Assembly (NCBI GenBank): GCA_964247055.1
Contig: OZ176051.1
Location: 8,804,001-8,868,000, forward strand
DNA: 64,000 nt
Direction of reading: 5' to 3'
DNA from: Paragordius varius
Lineage: Eukaryota > Animalia > Nematomorpha
Positions 1 to 12,433 of this stretch are shown piece after piece. The notes below the pieces were generated by a model. That model searched no databases, was not told where the DNA came from, and saw nothing but the letters and a program-made list of their open reading frames with translations. Numbering within the stretch: the stretch's first letter is position 1; each line of letters starts with the position of its first letter. Both the position numbers and the translations under genes were made by a program.

Positions 1-7
1 TATAGAT

Positions 8-2311
8 ATGATTGAATCCCAACTTCCAATTTACTTTATATCTTCCTCATCACAATTACATTCTTCGATTACATCAACAATTACTGACTCAATATACCTT
101 ATTAATTTAAGTCAGACTTATAAAAATATTAATTTGCTATCGAGTGTATCAAATATTCATCCCTTTTTTGATACCACTATTATATCAAACCCCAAATTTT
201 TGACCTTTCTTACTCAGCGGGGCATTGGCTTATCTTCTTCTGTCCCCAAACAATCACTTATATACCTTAATCAATTTGCTAATACACCTATACTTTTAAA
301 TACACCCCTTCTATCTGAAACATTTTTATCACAATTGAAAACAATATCGAACAAACAGAATTTGTTAATATCGGTATCAAATGAACGAAATGTCAACAAA
401 TTAGTCAAATCTATCTTACCTTCACAATGTGCTATCACCATTGATATAGCTCAAATGTTACGCTATAATGTCGTTGTGTCTGCTTTATATCGTAAATTTA
501 TCTCCACTAACGTCACGGGGATCGTTTTAACAACTAGTGCGCTCATTCCAACAAACTCTTTGTTCTGGCACAAAAAGATTGTATCATTGGCTCGTCGTGT
601 TTTAGATATGTTTACACAAGAGTTTGGCATGTCGATACAACATATCTTTTTTGCTATACCTAATTTTGCCGTTTTTTCTTCTCCTAATGCGTTATTACAG
701 GTATTTTTTATTTGCCTAGCAATTATTGACCATATTGATATAAAACATGTGGAGAAAATTGACACTTTGGATAAACAATATTTTTGTTGCGTAGTTATGT
801 TCCTTATTGATATATAATTTACCAAAAATTAGTTATTTTCAATGAACAGGTAATTGCTTTAATTACTTGAAATATTTAAGATTGTCTTAAATAGGCTGTT
901 GAAAATATATTGAATAGTATTTTCAGGGTAAAGTATTATGATTATTGTTAACTTAGTATGTTTTAAAAAAAATTATCAGCTTTTAAACATATTTTAAATA
1001 ATCTAATCCTGTATAGCCCGGCTTGTAATTAAATTTTTATATGATTACTAGCGTAAATCTCGGGCTGTACATTTTTATATGATTATTTCATATATTTTAT
1101 ATTTTTTATATTATACTATAGTTGAATGAATTGCTGGAACATGAATTGATTAAACCTTTTACGGGTTTAAAGATTGGAGCCGATGTGTCGGATTTTTTGT
1201 TATCGGGGCTTTGTGATACTCATGTTTGGTCCATTCTTTCACCCATCATGGCTGTACACAAGGCTCCTGAAATTGAGTCTTCTCACTTGTCCGATTCACT
1301 TAAGAAAGATGAAACAAAAAACTGCCTCTATATCAATAGCAGTGTATACGATGCTTTTACCCATTTTTCTACTCTTGTTCGACCGGATGACGATACACTT
1401 CCTAACCTTTACCAGGCTGCCACGTCAAATGTCAACACCAGCGGAAATTTGGCAGTTTCGCTAGTTGTACCCAGCTCACTTAACCGTGTTAAGAAAGATT
1501 GTAAAAGTAGTTTTGAAAATATTCACTATGATGTCTATGGCCACACTGGATTCGATGATACAGACAAAATTTTTACAAAGCTATCCTTGAGTTCTGATAT
1601 CACCGATAAAGATTGGCTTCATATCCATTGTTCAACTATTCGCCATGATGGTCAACTTTTGACTGGTGAGGAAGAAAGTGACAACACTATGTTTTTTGTT
1701 GATGATTTGAGCGAACTATCTAAGCCTAGGTTGCGTTATGATTCTGCCATTCCTACACTATTCTATGCCCATGAATTAGATAAGTAAAAGCATTTTATGC
1801 CATAATTTAAAACATTTCGATTTAATATATTTAATTTACATTTTATACGGGTTTTAGAAACAAAATACTTTCAGTTATGCAACCACATTTCATCGTTCAG
1901 TCTTACCATATACCTAACAGTGATTATATGGAGGAGGATGAGCTTTGCCAATTTGGATGCGTTAAAAATGTATCATTTGATTGCGACATCGATCCTGTCC
2001 TTACGCCTTTTAGTATGCAAAATATGAATTGCAAAAAGAATTTGGAAGTAATACAAAACAAAGAAAATGTTGATTACTATCAACATTATGATACATTATA
2101 TGACGGTACTTTTGACACCCATGATGATGTTGGAGAGTATGAGTACCAACTCGAAGTTTTGTTGGAATATTTGTTTTCCACTCTTGACGGTGTTAACCGA
2201 ACCAGTAACACAGTTGCCATGGTAACAGCTAATGACACAGATGCAAGTAATCACAGCGTGCCATCACTGATTAGAATGGAGGATGAGATTTGTATCATGA
2301 AACATCTTTAA
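8..2311 (+). CDS. Ornithine decarboxylase-like (antizyme-inhibitor-like) protein, predicted catalytically inactive; join(8..700,1122..1783,1858..2311), ~602 aa
   Basis: Phase-compatible GT-AG introns: CAG|GTATTT at 700/701 to TATAG|TTG at 1121/1122, and AA|GTAAAA at 1783/1784 to TTTTAG|A at 1857/1858. Collinear blocks match the ODC fold recalled from human ODC: DSIYLINL~DAFYVADL, IHPFFDTTIISNPKFL~VTPFYAVKCNDSKAI, VPKQSLIYLN~VPPERIIYAN, IVSLARRVLDM~AISDARCVFDM, GLKIGADVSDF~GVRIIAEPGRY, LYINSSVYDAF~YYVNDGVYGSF, VYGHTGFDDTDKI..KDWLHI~IWGPTCDGLDRI..GDWMLF. Confidence 0.72.
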
Positions 2312-3426
2312 TCACATTTTTTACGTTATTCTCTTTTTCTGACCATAAAGTAAATTGGAGAGTTGGGTTCATAACCCTACATAAAAGAACAAACATTGAA
2401 CATATTTAAATATTAATTATATTTTAGATTGTTTTAGCTAAAAATTTCTTTTTATGAAGTTTACATATTAAACCCAATTCGACATGAATGTGATTTTAAT
2501 TTTCATTATTATTGCAAATCTTTCAACTTATGTTTTAATATTTAACCATACATTAATTTATATTAAAGCTAAAATTGTTCCAAATTATCTTAGATAATAA
2601 ATAATTTTAATTTACATATATATTTTTAAGTACACAACGTAAGTATGATAAGGGTCTGAATTTTTTGCATGTTGGATTAATTATAGCCATATACCTATTG
2701 ACCTATTTAATTTGACAAAAGTTGAAAAAAATAGATTTTTTTGTTCATAATTAATGGGTTATCGCTTAGCTTCGAAAAAACCGGGTTTTTGAACTAAAAC
2801 TTTGATTAGATTCACTTTTACAGGTCTTTTTCTAACTTCGGTTCCAGATTTTGACAACCACCTTGGTTCGTTTTATATTATTTAAGGGGCCACCTCGGTG
2901 TCGTTTAATATCTTAACCTACCTCACTGGTTTATATTCGATACCCCTAGATTGCCTTATATTTTCAAAAATAATTTTGCAATATTTGTTAAAATGACCTT
3001 TTTTCGAATTATTAAAGGTACATAATAGTTAATACATGTTTATCTCATTTAATTTTTGCTTTTAATATCTAATGTAATTGTTACAAATAGAAAACAACTA
3101 TAAAATATTCTCAAATCATTCATTTAATGTTATTTTCCGCTCTCTTCGAAAAATGTATCAGTGGTAGCTTTAGTTCATGACTCGAGTCATTTTACATGCA
3201 AATCATGTTTAATTGACCTTTGAAATAAAATTTAAGTCGTTGGCGACTCCAGACTGTTAAATTAAATATTTTTTTCAACATGCAATGTATATAACCATTT
3301 AAAACTTGCACCTGCCTAATATTCATGCACCAAAATATAAAAAAATATATCAATAACATTGCGTTCAAAATTGAAGGGGATGGGGGGGGGGGGGTAGGAA
3401 AATAACATGATGAAATATATATAATA

Positions 3427-5589
3427 CTAGCTGGCCCTGTCACGCTTCGTTATGACGTAGTCTCATTGATAATTATTCTTGAAAAAGAATGTTTTTAATT
3501 ATTCTTTTACGGGTTTTTGCATAGGCTCAAATATTGTTTCCTCGAAATTGACCTTATTTAAACTATCCCTTATTAAAGTAAATCGACTTTCATTGGATTT
3601 ATTTTAAGATTTTCGTCTTGAAATCATGGTTAGAAGTTTTATTTTGAAAATGTGTTCACACAGATGGGATCAAGGGATATTTTGTGGTCCCTTTTTAAAG
3701 GAAAGAATGATATTATACAAATTCTCCAAAAATGTGTTTAACTGAACTCGTATGGCTCCCTATTTTTTAAAATTAGCTCCAAAACCACTCTAGGTGTCTC
3801 AGTTTTAAACCGGTAGACCCCTACCCATCGACCTATATGGAAAAAACGCTAAGTTAATTTCTTTGCCTTTATAGGGCAAATTGCTTTGATACCAGCGTCT
3901 CATGGCTTATTCAAAAAAATACCTCAACACCAACCAATCGTTTTATGATGGCGTATTTTTAGGGCATAAAGGCCCCAAATTAACGGCTAATAAAAACGTC
4001 CGACCTTAATTTTTTACCTAGTTACGGGTAATATTTCAAGCAGTTGCGCAGTTTTTGGCGGGTAGCTTCTTGCCCAGGGGTAGGTATGAAAAAGCGTAAT
4101 TATCATGGATTTTATATTTTTCATTCTCATAGGTTTTCTGAAATTTGGCTCCAAAGGCATGCTGCATAGATATGGTGACGCATATTTACGCGGGTATCCC
4201 TATAACCAGGGCGAAAAAAGCTCGATTAAAATTTTTGCCTTAATTCGAGTAATACCTGGAATCATAATTGATTGCATTATTGCCTTAAAACCAAAAAGTC
4301 ATTATATGTTGGCGCATTTTTCACGGCAGGGGCCTAATTAAGGATTATAATAACACCACTCTACTTAAAATTTGCCTTTTTACGGATATTTCAGGCCCTT
4401 ATTAAACTTAAATGGCCTGATAAATTTTCTAAAATTTGATTCCAAAGTCACGCTGTATCGATATGGTGGGTTGTAGGCGGGTAGCCCCCTACCCAGAGGC
4501 TAATATAAAAGACTAGGTATCATCATTATCCATATCTTCTAAATAGTTTTTGGAAGAATGGCTTTAAAACTAAATAATAGTTCAATGATAGCGCATTTTT
4601 AGGGCGTAAAGCGCCTAATTAACCGCTAATTTAAAAAACCGCTCGACTTAAATTTTTGCCTTTTTAAGGGTAATAGTTAATGCCTTTATTGAACTTATAT
4701 GGCTTGATAAGTTTTTTGAAAATTAACTCCTAAATACACAATTTCGATAGGCGCAGTTTTAGGCGGGTAGCCCCCTACCCAGAAGCTGATACAAAAAAGC
4801 GCTTTAACAAAAGTTTTGCCTTTATACTGAGAATACCTGGAATCATGATTGATTATATATGCTCTCATTAATTTTTGGAATTGCCTCAAATCCGAATAAT
4901 CACTGGTGGCGCGTTTTTTAGGGTATGAAGGGCCTAATTAACGGCTAATTTTAAAAAACCGCACAGGCTAAAATTTGCCTTGTTACGGGTATTATTTTAT
5001 GCATCTATTGAACTCATATGACCTGATAGGTATTTTTAAATTTAGCGCAAAAAGCACACTATTTTAATATGAGTCAGTTTTTAGCGGATATCTACCCAGC
5101 AGCTATTATCAAAGAAACGCTTGACTAAACTTTTTGCCTTTTAACAGGGAATACTTCGATTCCTTATTAAATTTTACGGTCTTATACTTTGGGCGAAAAA
5201 TAGAATCAAAAAATTATTTTGGACTTATTTGGAAAAATGGCATTTTACGGGGGAAGCGGGTAAAAAGAGCGCCTAAATTAAAAAAGCGAGCCGACTATGT
5301 TCTGCGCATTCGAAACTAGGTAAACAAAAATCATATTTAAAACTGAATGGTCCAACACGTTCTCCGGAAAATTGTCTCAAAGACACGATTTTTGTGGACT
5401 TCTGTTTTCAAAAAGACCCGTTTTATACACGGGGTGGGCCCGAACTGGGGGCTAATTCAAAAAAAGGGCGAAGCTATTGTCGGGGCATTCATTATTGATT
5501 ATATTTTTTCGACATTTTGATTTGGATGGGTCTACCGGTTCGGAAACAGATCACAAAGCCACCACTTTCCATTTTTATAAATATATAGA
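3427..5589 (-). mobile_element. Non-autonomous Helitron with internal ~160-bp satellite
   Basis: On the minus strand it starts A|TCTATATATTTATAAAAATGGAA (5589) and ends with hairpin GTCATAACGAAGCGTGAC followed by AGGGCCAG-CTAG|T (3427). No TSD, A|T insertion, no Rep/helicase ORF. Confidence 0.78.
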
Positions 5590-5811
5590 TGATAGGAAAA
5601 TTATCAGTAATATCATGGTGCATTTAAAAAATACATACACTTTTATGGTAGGTGCTACATATCAGAAAATGGCAAAATTTCCGCTTAAATAAAATTTTTT
5701 GGGGAAAGCTAGAGGCTTCATTCCATCACTAAAATATATTATACACTACGTATACAGTTTGCATTTTAATGGTTGCTTAACTATAATTAAGCGATTCGCA
5801 ACACAGTAGTG

Positions 5812-8523
5812 CAGGGGTGTCCAACAGGTGGTTCCGGAGCCACTTGGGTCTCTTTAAAAAATTGAAAAATATTTTTTGCAAAAAGTTTAATTTTTGAGTG
5901 GCGATGTATAATTTTATAAATTTTTAAAAAAGTAAAAATTTTAAATTGATTTTCATAATTAATTGAGCAAAATATTTTTAAAACGAATATTCCATTAAAA
6001 AATTAATTTAAAGTTAACATAAAACTAAATGTAGATCAATAATGCTTTTATTAGGTGTTTTTTCGTATATAAAAAATATTTGGTTTTATTAACTTTAAAT
6101 GCCTAAATAAAGGCAGTATTAATTTTTTAAATGGCATTTAAATAAGGTTCTGATATGAACATAGTCTGCAATTATGATATTACCATATTCTTCAATTGAT
6201 TAATTTTCTCAGTGATATTAAAAGAAAAAAGTTTGATAACCTTATTTAGTTCGAATCCTCTTTATGATAACTCTGCAATAAAAAAAATATTAATTTAATT
6301 TATTGAATAAAAATTTTTGTTAACATTTATTTGAAATATCAATAGATATTTAAATTGTTTATGCTTTAAAGCAGATTTTATAATAATCTAGCCAGCATCG
6401 TAAAAGGAATATCAAATCTAGGAACGCAGTGCATTTTTTTATTGATCTTTTTTATGACGTCGAATTTTATTTGAAACAATTTTAAATTCCCCGGTAGCTT
6501 TTTCTGTATTTTTTAATATATTTAAAATTGCTAGCTCACGCTTCAGAGGAAATTTAGTGGGGTATAGTTGTCTTCTGTGAAAAAATTCATATAATCTATA
6601 TATTTATAAAAATGGAAAATGCCGGCTTGTGATCTGGTACAGGAAAACCGGTAGACCCATTATTCAAACTTCAAAAAAATATAATCATTAATGAATGCCC
6701 CGACAATAGCTTCACCCTTTTTTTGAAATAGGCCCCCAGTTCGGGCCCACCCCGTGTGAAAAACGGGTTTTTTTGAAAACAGAAGTCCACAAAAATCGTG
6801 TCTTTGAGACAATTTTCTGGAGATCGTGTTGGTCCATTCTATTTCAAATATGACTTTTGTTTACTTATTTTCGATTGTGCCGAACATAGTCGAGTCACTT
6901 TTTTAACTTAGGCCCTCTTTTTACCCGCGCCCCCCGTAAAATGCCGCCTTTTTCAAAAAACAAAGTCCACAAAAATATTTTTTTAATCGATTTTTTGCCT
7001 AAGGTATGAGACCGTAAAAGTTCAATATGGATTCCACGTATTCCCTGTTAAAAGGCAAAAATTTTAGTCCACCGTTTCTTTGATGATAGCTGCTGGGTAA
7101 GGAGCTATTCTCTAAAAACTGATTCCTCATGATACTTTGTGATCTGTTTCCGGAAAACCGGTGAGCCAATTCAAATCCAAATATCGAAAAAATATAATCA
7201 TTAATATATGCCCCGACAATAGCTTCGCCCTTTTTTGGAATTAGGTCCCCAGTTCGGGCCTACCCCGTGTGAAAAATGGGTTAAGTCAATTTTTTGGAGA
7301 ACATGTTGGACCACTCAATTTCAAATATTATTTTTGTTTACTTATTTTTGATCGCGCTGAACATAGTCGACTCACTTTTTTGATTTAGGCCCTCTTTTTA
7401 CCCGCTACCCCCGTAAAATGCCATTTTTTTCAAAAAAAAACAAAGTCCATAAAATAATTTTTTGATTGTATATTTTTGTCCAAGGTATGAGACTGTAAAA
7501 ATTCGATAAGGATTTTTCGTATTCCCTTTTAAAAGGCAAAAATTTTAGTCAAGCGTTTCTTTGATGATAGCTGCTGAGTAAGGAGTATCTATCATATGTA
7601 TAGCATGTTAAAAGATATTAAAACATTATTTATGGTAATCTATATATTTATAAAAATGGAAAATGCTGGCTTTGTGATCTGGTACAGGAAAACCGGTAGA
7701 CCCATTCAAATCCAAACTTCGAAAAAATATAATCATTAATGAATGCCCCGACAATAGCTTCGCCCTTTTTTTGAAATAGGCCCCCAGTTCGGGCCCACCC
7801 CGTGTGAAAACGTGTTTTTTTGAAAACAGAAGTCCACAAAAATCGTGTCTTTGAGACAATTTTCTGGAGATCGTGTTGGTCCATTCTATTTCAAATATGA
7901 CTGCCGTAAAATGCCACCTTTTTCAAAAAACAAACCACAAAAATATTTTTTTTAATCAATTTTTTGCCTAAGGTATGAGACCGTAAAAATTCAATATGGA
8001 TTCCACGTATTCCCTGTTAAAAGGCAAAAATTTTAGTCAATCGTTTCTTTGATGATAGCTGCTGGGTAAGGAGCTACCCCCTAAAAACTGATTCATCATG
8101 TAACTTTGTGATCTATTATCGGAAAACCGGTAGACCCATTCAAAACCAAACTTCGACCCCCCCCCTCCCCCCCAGAAGTCCGAAGGGCTTTCTCGGGCTG
8201 CGTAGCAGCACGAGATTTACGCTAGTACTCGAATAAACATTTATTGTATTTTTAATACTTATGCTTTTAGCATGGCAGAAATATTCAAAAATTATGTTTA
8301 ATTTCATGCAGTTCATTAATTATTTTTGTTTTAAACATATTATTTTATTTTAACAGCATATTTAGGAATATTATAATATTTTTACTAGTTATTTGTTATT
8401 TATATAAAATCTATATATATTGTTTATATAATAAAATTTTTTGGAACTTATGTGATATATATTAATTCAAATGTGGCTCTTCGAAAATATGGCTCTTCAA
8501 GCCATTTGTGTTGGACAGCTCTG
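5812..8523. mobile_element. Non-autonomous hAT (Charlie-like) element containing a nested Helitron
   Basis: TIRs CAGGGGTGTCCAAC / GTTGGACAGCTCTG, flanked by an 8-bp TSD CAGTAGTG (5804-5811) / CAGTTGTG (8524-8531), a 7/8 match. Confidence 0.78.
6595..8225 (+). mobile_element. Composite non-autonomous Helitron (two 5' ends, at 6595 and 7639)
   Basis: A|TCTATATATTTATAAAAATGG starts at 6595 and 7639. The 3' end is CTGCGTAGCAG hairpin + CACGAGATTTACG-CTAG|T at 8225. Internal satellite is shared with 3427-5589. Confidence 0.78.
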
Positions 8524-8904
8524 CAGTTGTGTATGGAAAAAACAACAAAATGTTAAATAAACAACAACTTTTTTCTTTGTTTCCATATACTAAGTTGCGA
8601 ATTGTCAACTATGGTAGGATATAAGCAACCATCAAAATGCATCGGCAAAACAATATTTTCAAAAAATTTAATTTTCAGATCTGAGTTCTGAAAGCCCCAA
8701 ATTTTTATGAAATGCGATAATCATCTTAAAATAAACGCAGATATGCCGGGATTGCGAGATAAAAATTTTAAATATAGGCTAAATTTTAATATCAACTAAA
8801 ATTATTTATTAAAAAATGCCTACTTAAGTCAAAAGATTAATTTTTAGCAACCTGTTGAACGGTACCTCACACTATTGTGAGTCATTGGAAACGGTTTAAA
8901 AATG

Positions 8905-10941
8905 CTTTCCAGAAAACCGGCGGACCCATTTAAATCCAAATGTCGAAAAAATCAATCATTAATGAATGCCCCGACAATAGCTTTGTCCTTTTTTTGAATT
9001 AGGCCCCCAGTGACCCACCCCGTGTAAAAACGTTTTTTGTGAAAACAGTCTACAAAAATCGTGTCTTTGAGACAATCCGGAAAACGTGTCGGACCGTTCG
9101 ATTTCAAATATGATTTTTGTTAACTTATTTTCGATTGCACCAAATATAGTCGGCTCGCTTTTTTAATTTAGGCCCTTTTTTTACCCCCTCCCCCAGTAAA
9201 ATGCCATTTTTTCAAATAAACAATCCACAAAAATATTTTTTTATTTCTATTTTTCGCCAAAAGTATGAGGCGGTAAAAATTCAATAAGGATTTCAGGTAT
9301 TCCCTGTTAAATGGCAAAAAATTTTAGCCAAGCGTTTTTTTGATGATAGCTGCTGGAAGGAGATACCCGCTAAAAACTGACTCATATCGAAATATCGTGC
9401 TTTTGGCGCTAAATTTTAAAAACTTATCAGCTCTGAGTTCAATAGCTGCTTAAAATACTACCCGTAACAAGGCAAAAATTTAGGTCGTGCGTTTTTTTAA
9501 AATTAGCCCTCAATTAGGCCCTTCAGTGCACTGTAAATGCGCCACCACAGAATGATTTATTAGTTTTGAGACAATTTTTCCAAAAACTAATGAAAGCTTG
9601 TGGAATCAATCATGATTACAGATATTCTCCGTAAAAAGGCAAAAATTTTAACAAGCGCTTTTTTGTATCAGCCTTTGGGAGGGAGCTGCCCGCCTAAATG
9701 CGCCACCATATCGAAATCGCGTTGTTTAGAAGTTAATTTTCCGAAAACTTATCAGGCCACATAAGTTTAATAAGAGCCTGAAATATTACTCGTAAAAAGA
9801 TAAAAATCTAAGTCGAGTGGTTATTTTAAATGACCCCTCAATTAGGCCCTTGCCCCGAAAAATGCGCCACTACAGAATGACTTTTTAGTTTTGATGCAAT
9901 TTTTCAAAAATTCTACGAGAGGATATGTAATCAATCATAATTCCAAATATTACCCGAATCGAGGCAAAAATTTAAATCGGGCGTTTTTTTGTTTCACTCC
10001 TGGTTAGCGGGCTACCCGCGTAAAACTGCGTCACCATATCGATACAGCACTCTGGAGCCAAATTTCAGAAAACCTATGAGACAAATAGGAACAAATGAAA
10101 TCCAGGATAGTTCCAAATATTCCCCATACAAAGGCAAAATTTTTGCCTAACGCTTTTTTTATACCTGCCCCTGGGTAAGAAGCTACCCGTCAAAAATTGC
10201 GTTACTATATAATTGCGTTTGTTTTGGAGCTAATTTCAGAAAATTTATTAAGCCATATGAACTCATTAGCTTGAAATATTACCCGTAAATAGGTAAAAAT
10301 TAAGGTCGGGTTTTTTTATTAGCCGTTAATTTGGGGCCTTTATGCACTAACCATCATATAACGATTTATTTAGTGTTAAGGTATTTTTTCGAATAATCCA
10401 TGAGACGATGGTATCAAAGATGATTCCAAATATTTGACCCATAAAGTCAAAGAATTTAACTCAGTGCTTTTTCCATATAGGTCTATGGGTATGGGTCTGC
10501 CGGTTTAAAACTGAGACAACATATAAAAATGGCGTGGTTTTGGAGCTAATTTACAAAAAAAACTCAAGAAGCCATACGAGTTCAGTCAAACACATTTCTG
10601 GGGGATTATATTATATCATTCTTTCCTTTAAAAAGGGATCAAAAATGATTTACTTATTATACCCCTTGATCCCAGCTGTGTGAACACAATTTCAAGATAC
10701 AACTTTTACCTTGATTATGTAAAGCGTAAATCCTAAAATAAATCCAATGATAGTTGAATATTAACTTTGATTAGGGGCAGTTTAAATATGGTCAATTTCG
10801 AGTAAACAATAATTGAGTCTATGCAAAAACAAGACATTCTTATTATTAAATATTTTATTTTTTTCATTACCTCTATTCATTGCAATTAAGAATAATTATG
10901 AGTGAGACTACGTCACAGCGAAGCGTGACAGGGTCAGCTAT
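8905..10941 (+). mobile_element. 5'-truncated non-autonomous Helitron with ~160-bp satellite
   Basis: Reverse-complement homologue of 3427-5589 over its length. Ends GTCACAGCGAAGCGTGACAGGGTCAGCTA(T). The motif AAGGCAAAAATT recurs at roughly 160-bp spacing (about 9312, 9471, 9637, 9799, 9962, 10131, 10291, 10445). Confidence 0.72.
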
Positions 10942-11322
10942 TATATTATAAAAACAATGTAATTTAATGCTGGTGAACATTTCTATCACCTCAGATTAAA
11001 TTATTTGTTCGTCTTCAATTATGTTAAAGAAGTTTTGTGTTTTTTTTTACAAAAATTTACCCAATTGAGGCATCCTTTAAATTAAAATTCTCAATCTATA
11101 GAAATGTTCACCTCATTGAATTATATAGAAAAAGTTTTTTATAATATCAAGCGTTTCTAAACTATTTATATAATGACTAAATAGTATGAAATACGCTTTT
11201 ACAAAATTTTGCTAAAAATTAAACTTTTATAAATAATATGCATTTTTAAATAAATAATTTTAGTTGATATCCAAATTTTACATTATTTATAAATTTTATC
11301 GCATCCCGGCACATTTGCGTAA

Positions 11323-12433
11323 CATTCGATTTAAATTGGGGTATCTAAATATTCCAGACAATATTTAAATTGATATTTTTAGAAAACTACTGAAAGAAAC
11401 GGCTCCAATTTAAATTTATGCTTCTATCCTAATAAAAATTATATAAATACGCCAAAATATCTAAATAATATTTAGTTTTGGAAAAAAAGTTCCGTATGAA
11501 ACTAATTGGACGCCATTTTTATTTTACAATTTTCAAAATATTGTGTTTAACACTTGGATACATCACATCATTTTAGTTCTTCGATTCAAAGGTAGTTAAA
11601 TACCCCAGGCCTGTTTAAAAATAAATTAAAAAATATGGAAGGAATAAAAGGCATAAATGCACTTATATAACATTAATTAACCGAAATATATAAAAAATTT
11701 TATTCAAAAATACTTGATATTACTTATTTTAAGCTAAAACCGAAGGGTAAAAAGTTAGTAACGTGACATGTGTGCAATGGTAAAATTGAAAATACAATAA
11801 AAACCGCTTTTTCTATTTCTATAAATGTAATTTAAATGAAAAATTAGCTTTAATTTTACCCTTAAAACTAAATGAAGACTTTATTTTGCAAAAATTTTGT
11901 AAAATAAAAATGGCGTCGAAGTAGTTTTACATGGAACATTTTTTTCAAAACACAATTTTATATAGAAATTTTGGCATATTTTTTTTATTGGATAGAAGCA
12001 TAAATTTAAATTGGGACCGTTTCCTTCACTAGTTTTTTAAAAATCCAAACTGAAATTAAGTCTGGGGTATTTAGATACCTCAATTTGCGAAGTGTTAATT
12101 GATTCTAAGCCTAAAATTAGATTTACTTAAATTACATTTAACATTGATATAAACAGAAAAAGTGGTATATTTTGCATTATTTTTGTATTTTGCTTATGCA
12201 CACATGTCATCTTGGCTATATTTTTACCTTTCGGTTTTACTCCTGAATAAGTAATATATATTTTTGAATAAATTTTTTTTTAAATTTTGGTTCATTAATG
12301 TTATATAGGTGCAAACTTTTGCCATGATTTAATTTATTAAATATTTTTTAAAATATTTATATTTAAACAAGTCTGATCCATCTAACTACCCCAATTTGAA
12401 TCAAAGGACTAATGAATGCGTTGTATCCAAGTG
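11323..12433. mobile_element. piggyBac-family MITE (~560 bp) containing a second copy of the same family
   Basis: Ends (AA)CATTCGATTTAAATTGGGG... and ...GTATCCAAGTG|TTAA (12434-12437) match the termini of the piggyBac elements at 44105 and 52116. Confidence 0.7.
11551..12094. mobile_element. piggyBac-family MITE, nested copy
   Basis: TTAA|CACTTGGATAC ... GCGAAGTG|TTAA, with a TTAA TSD on both sides. Confidence 0.8.

Noticed and set aside
463-825. Minus-strand 120-aa ORF, plus other antisense ORFs at 14658, 16483, 17131 and 37877
   Set aside because: They are shadows of real exons on the opposite strand.
6000-6590. hAT transposase remnant
   Set aside because: No recognisable hAT motifs could be read in any frame.
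4105-7884. Short ORFs in the Helitron satellite (also 57460-57738)
   Set aside because: No Rep or helicase motifs; they derive from repeats.
3427-10941. One 7.5-kb element with 2-kb TIRs
   Set aside because: The arms have Helitron TC/CTAG ends and hairpins, so two oppositely oriented Helitrons explain them better.
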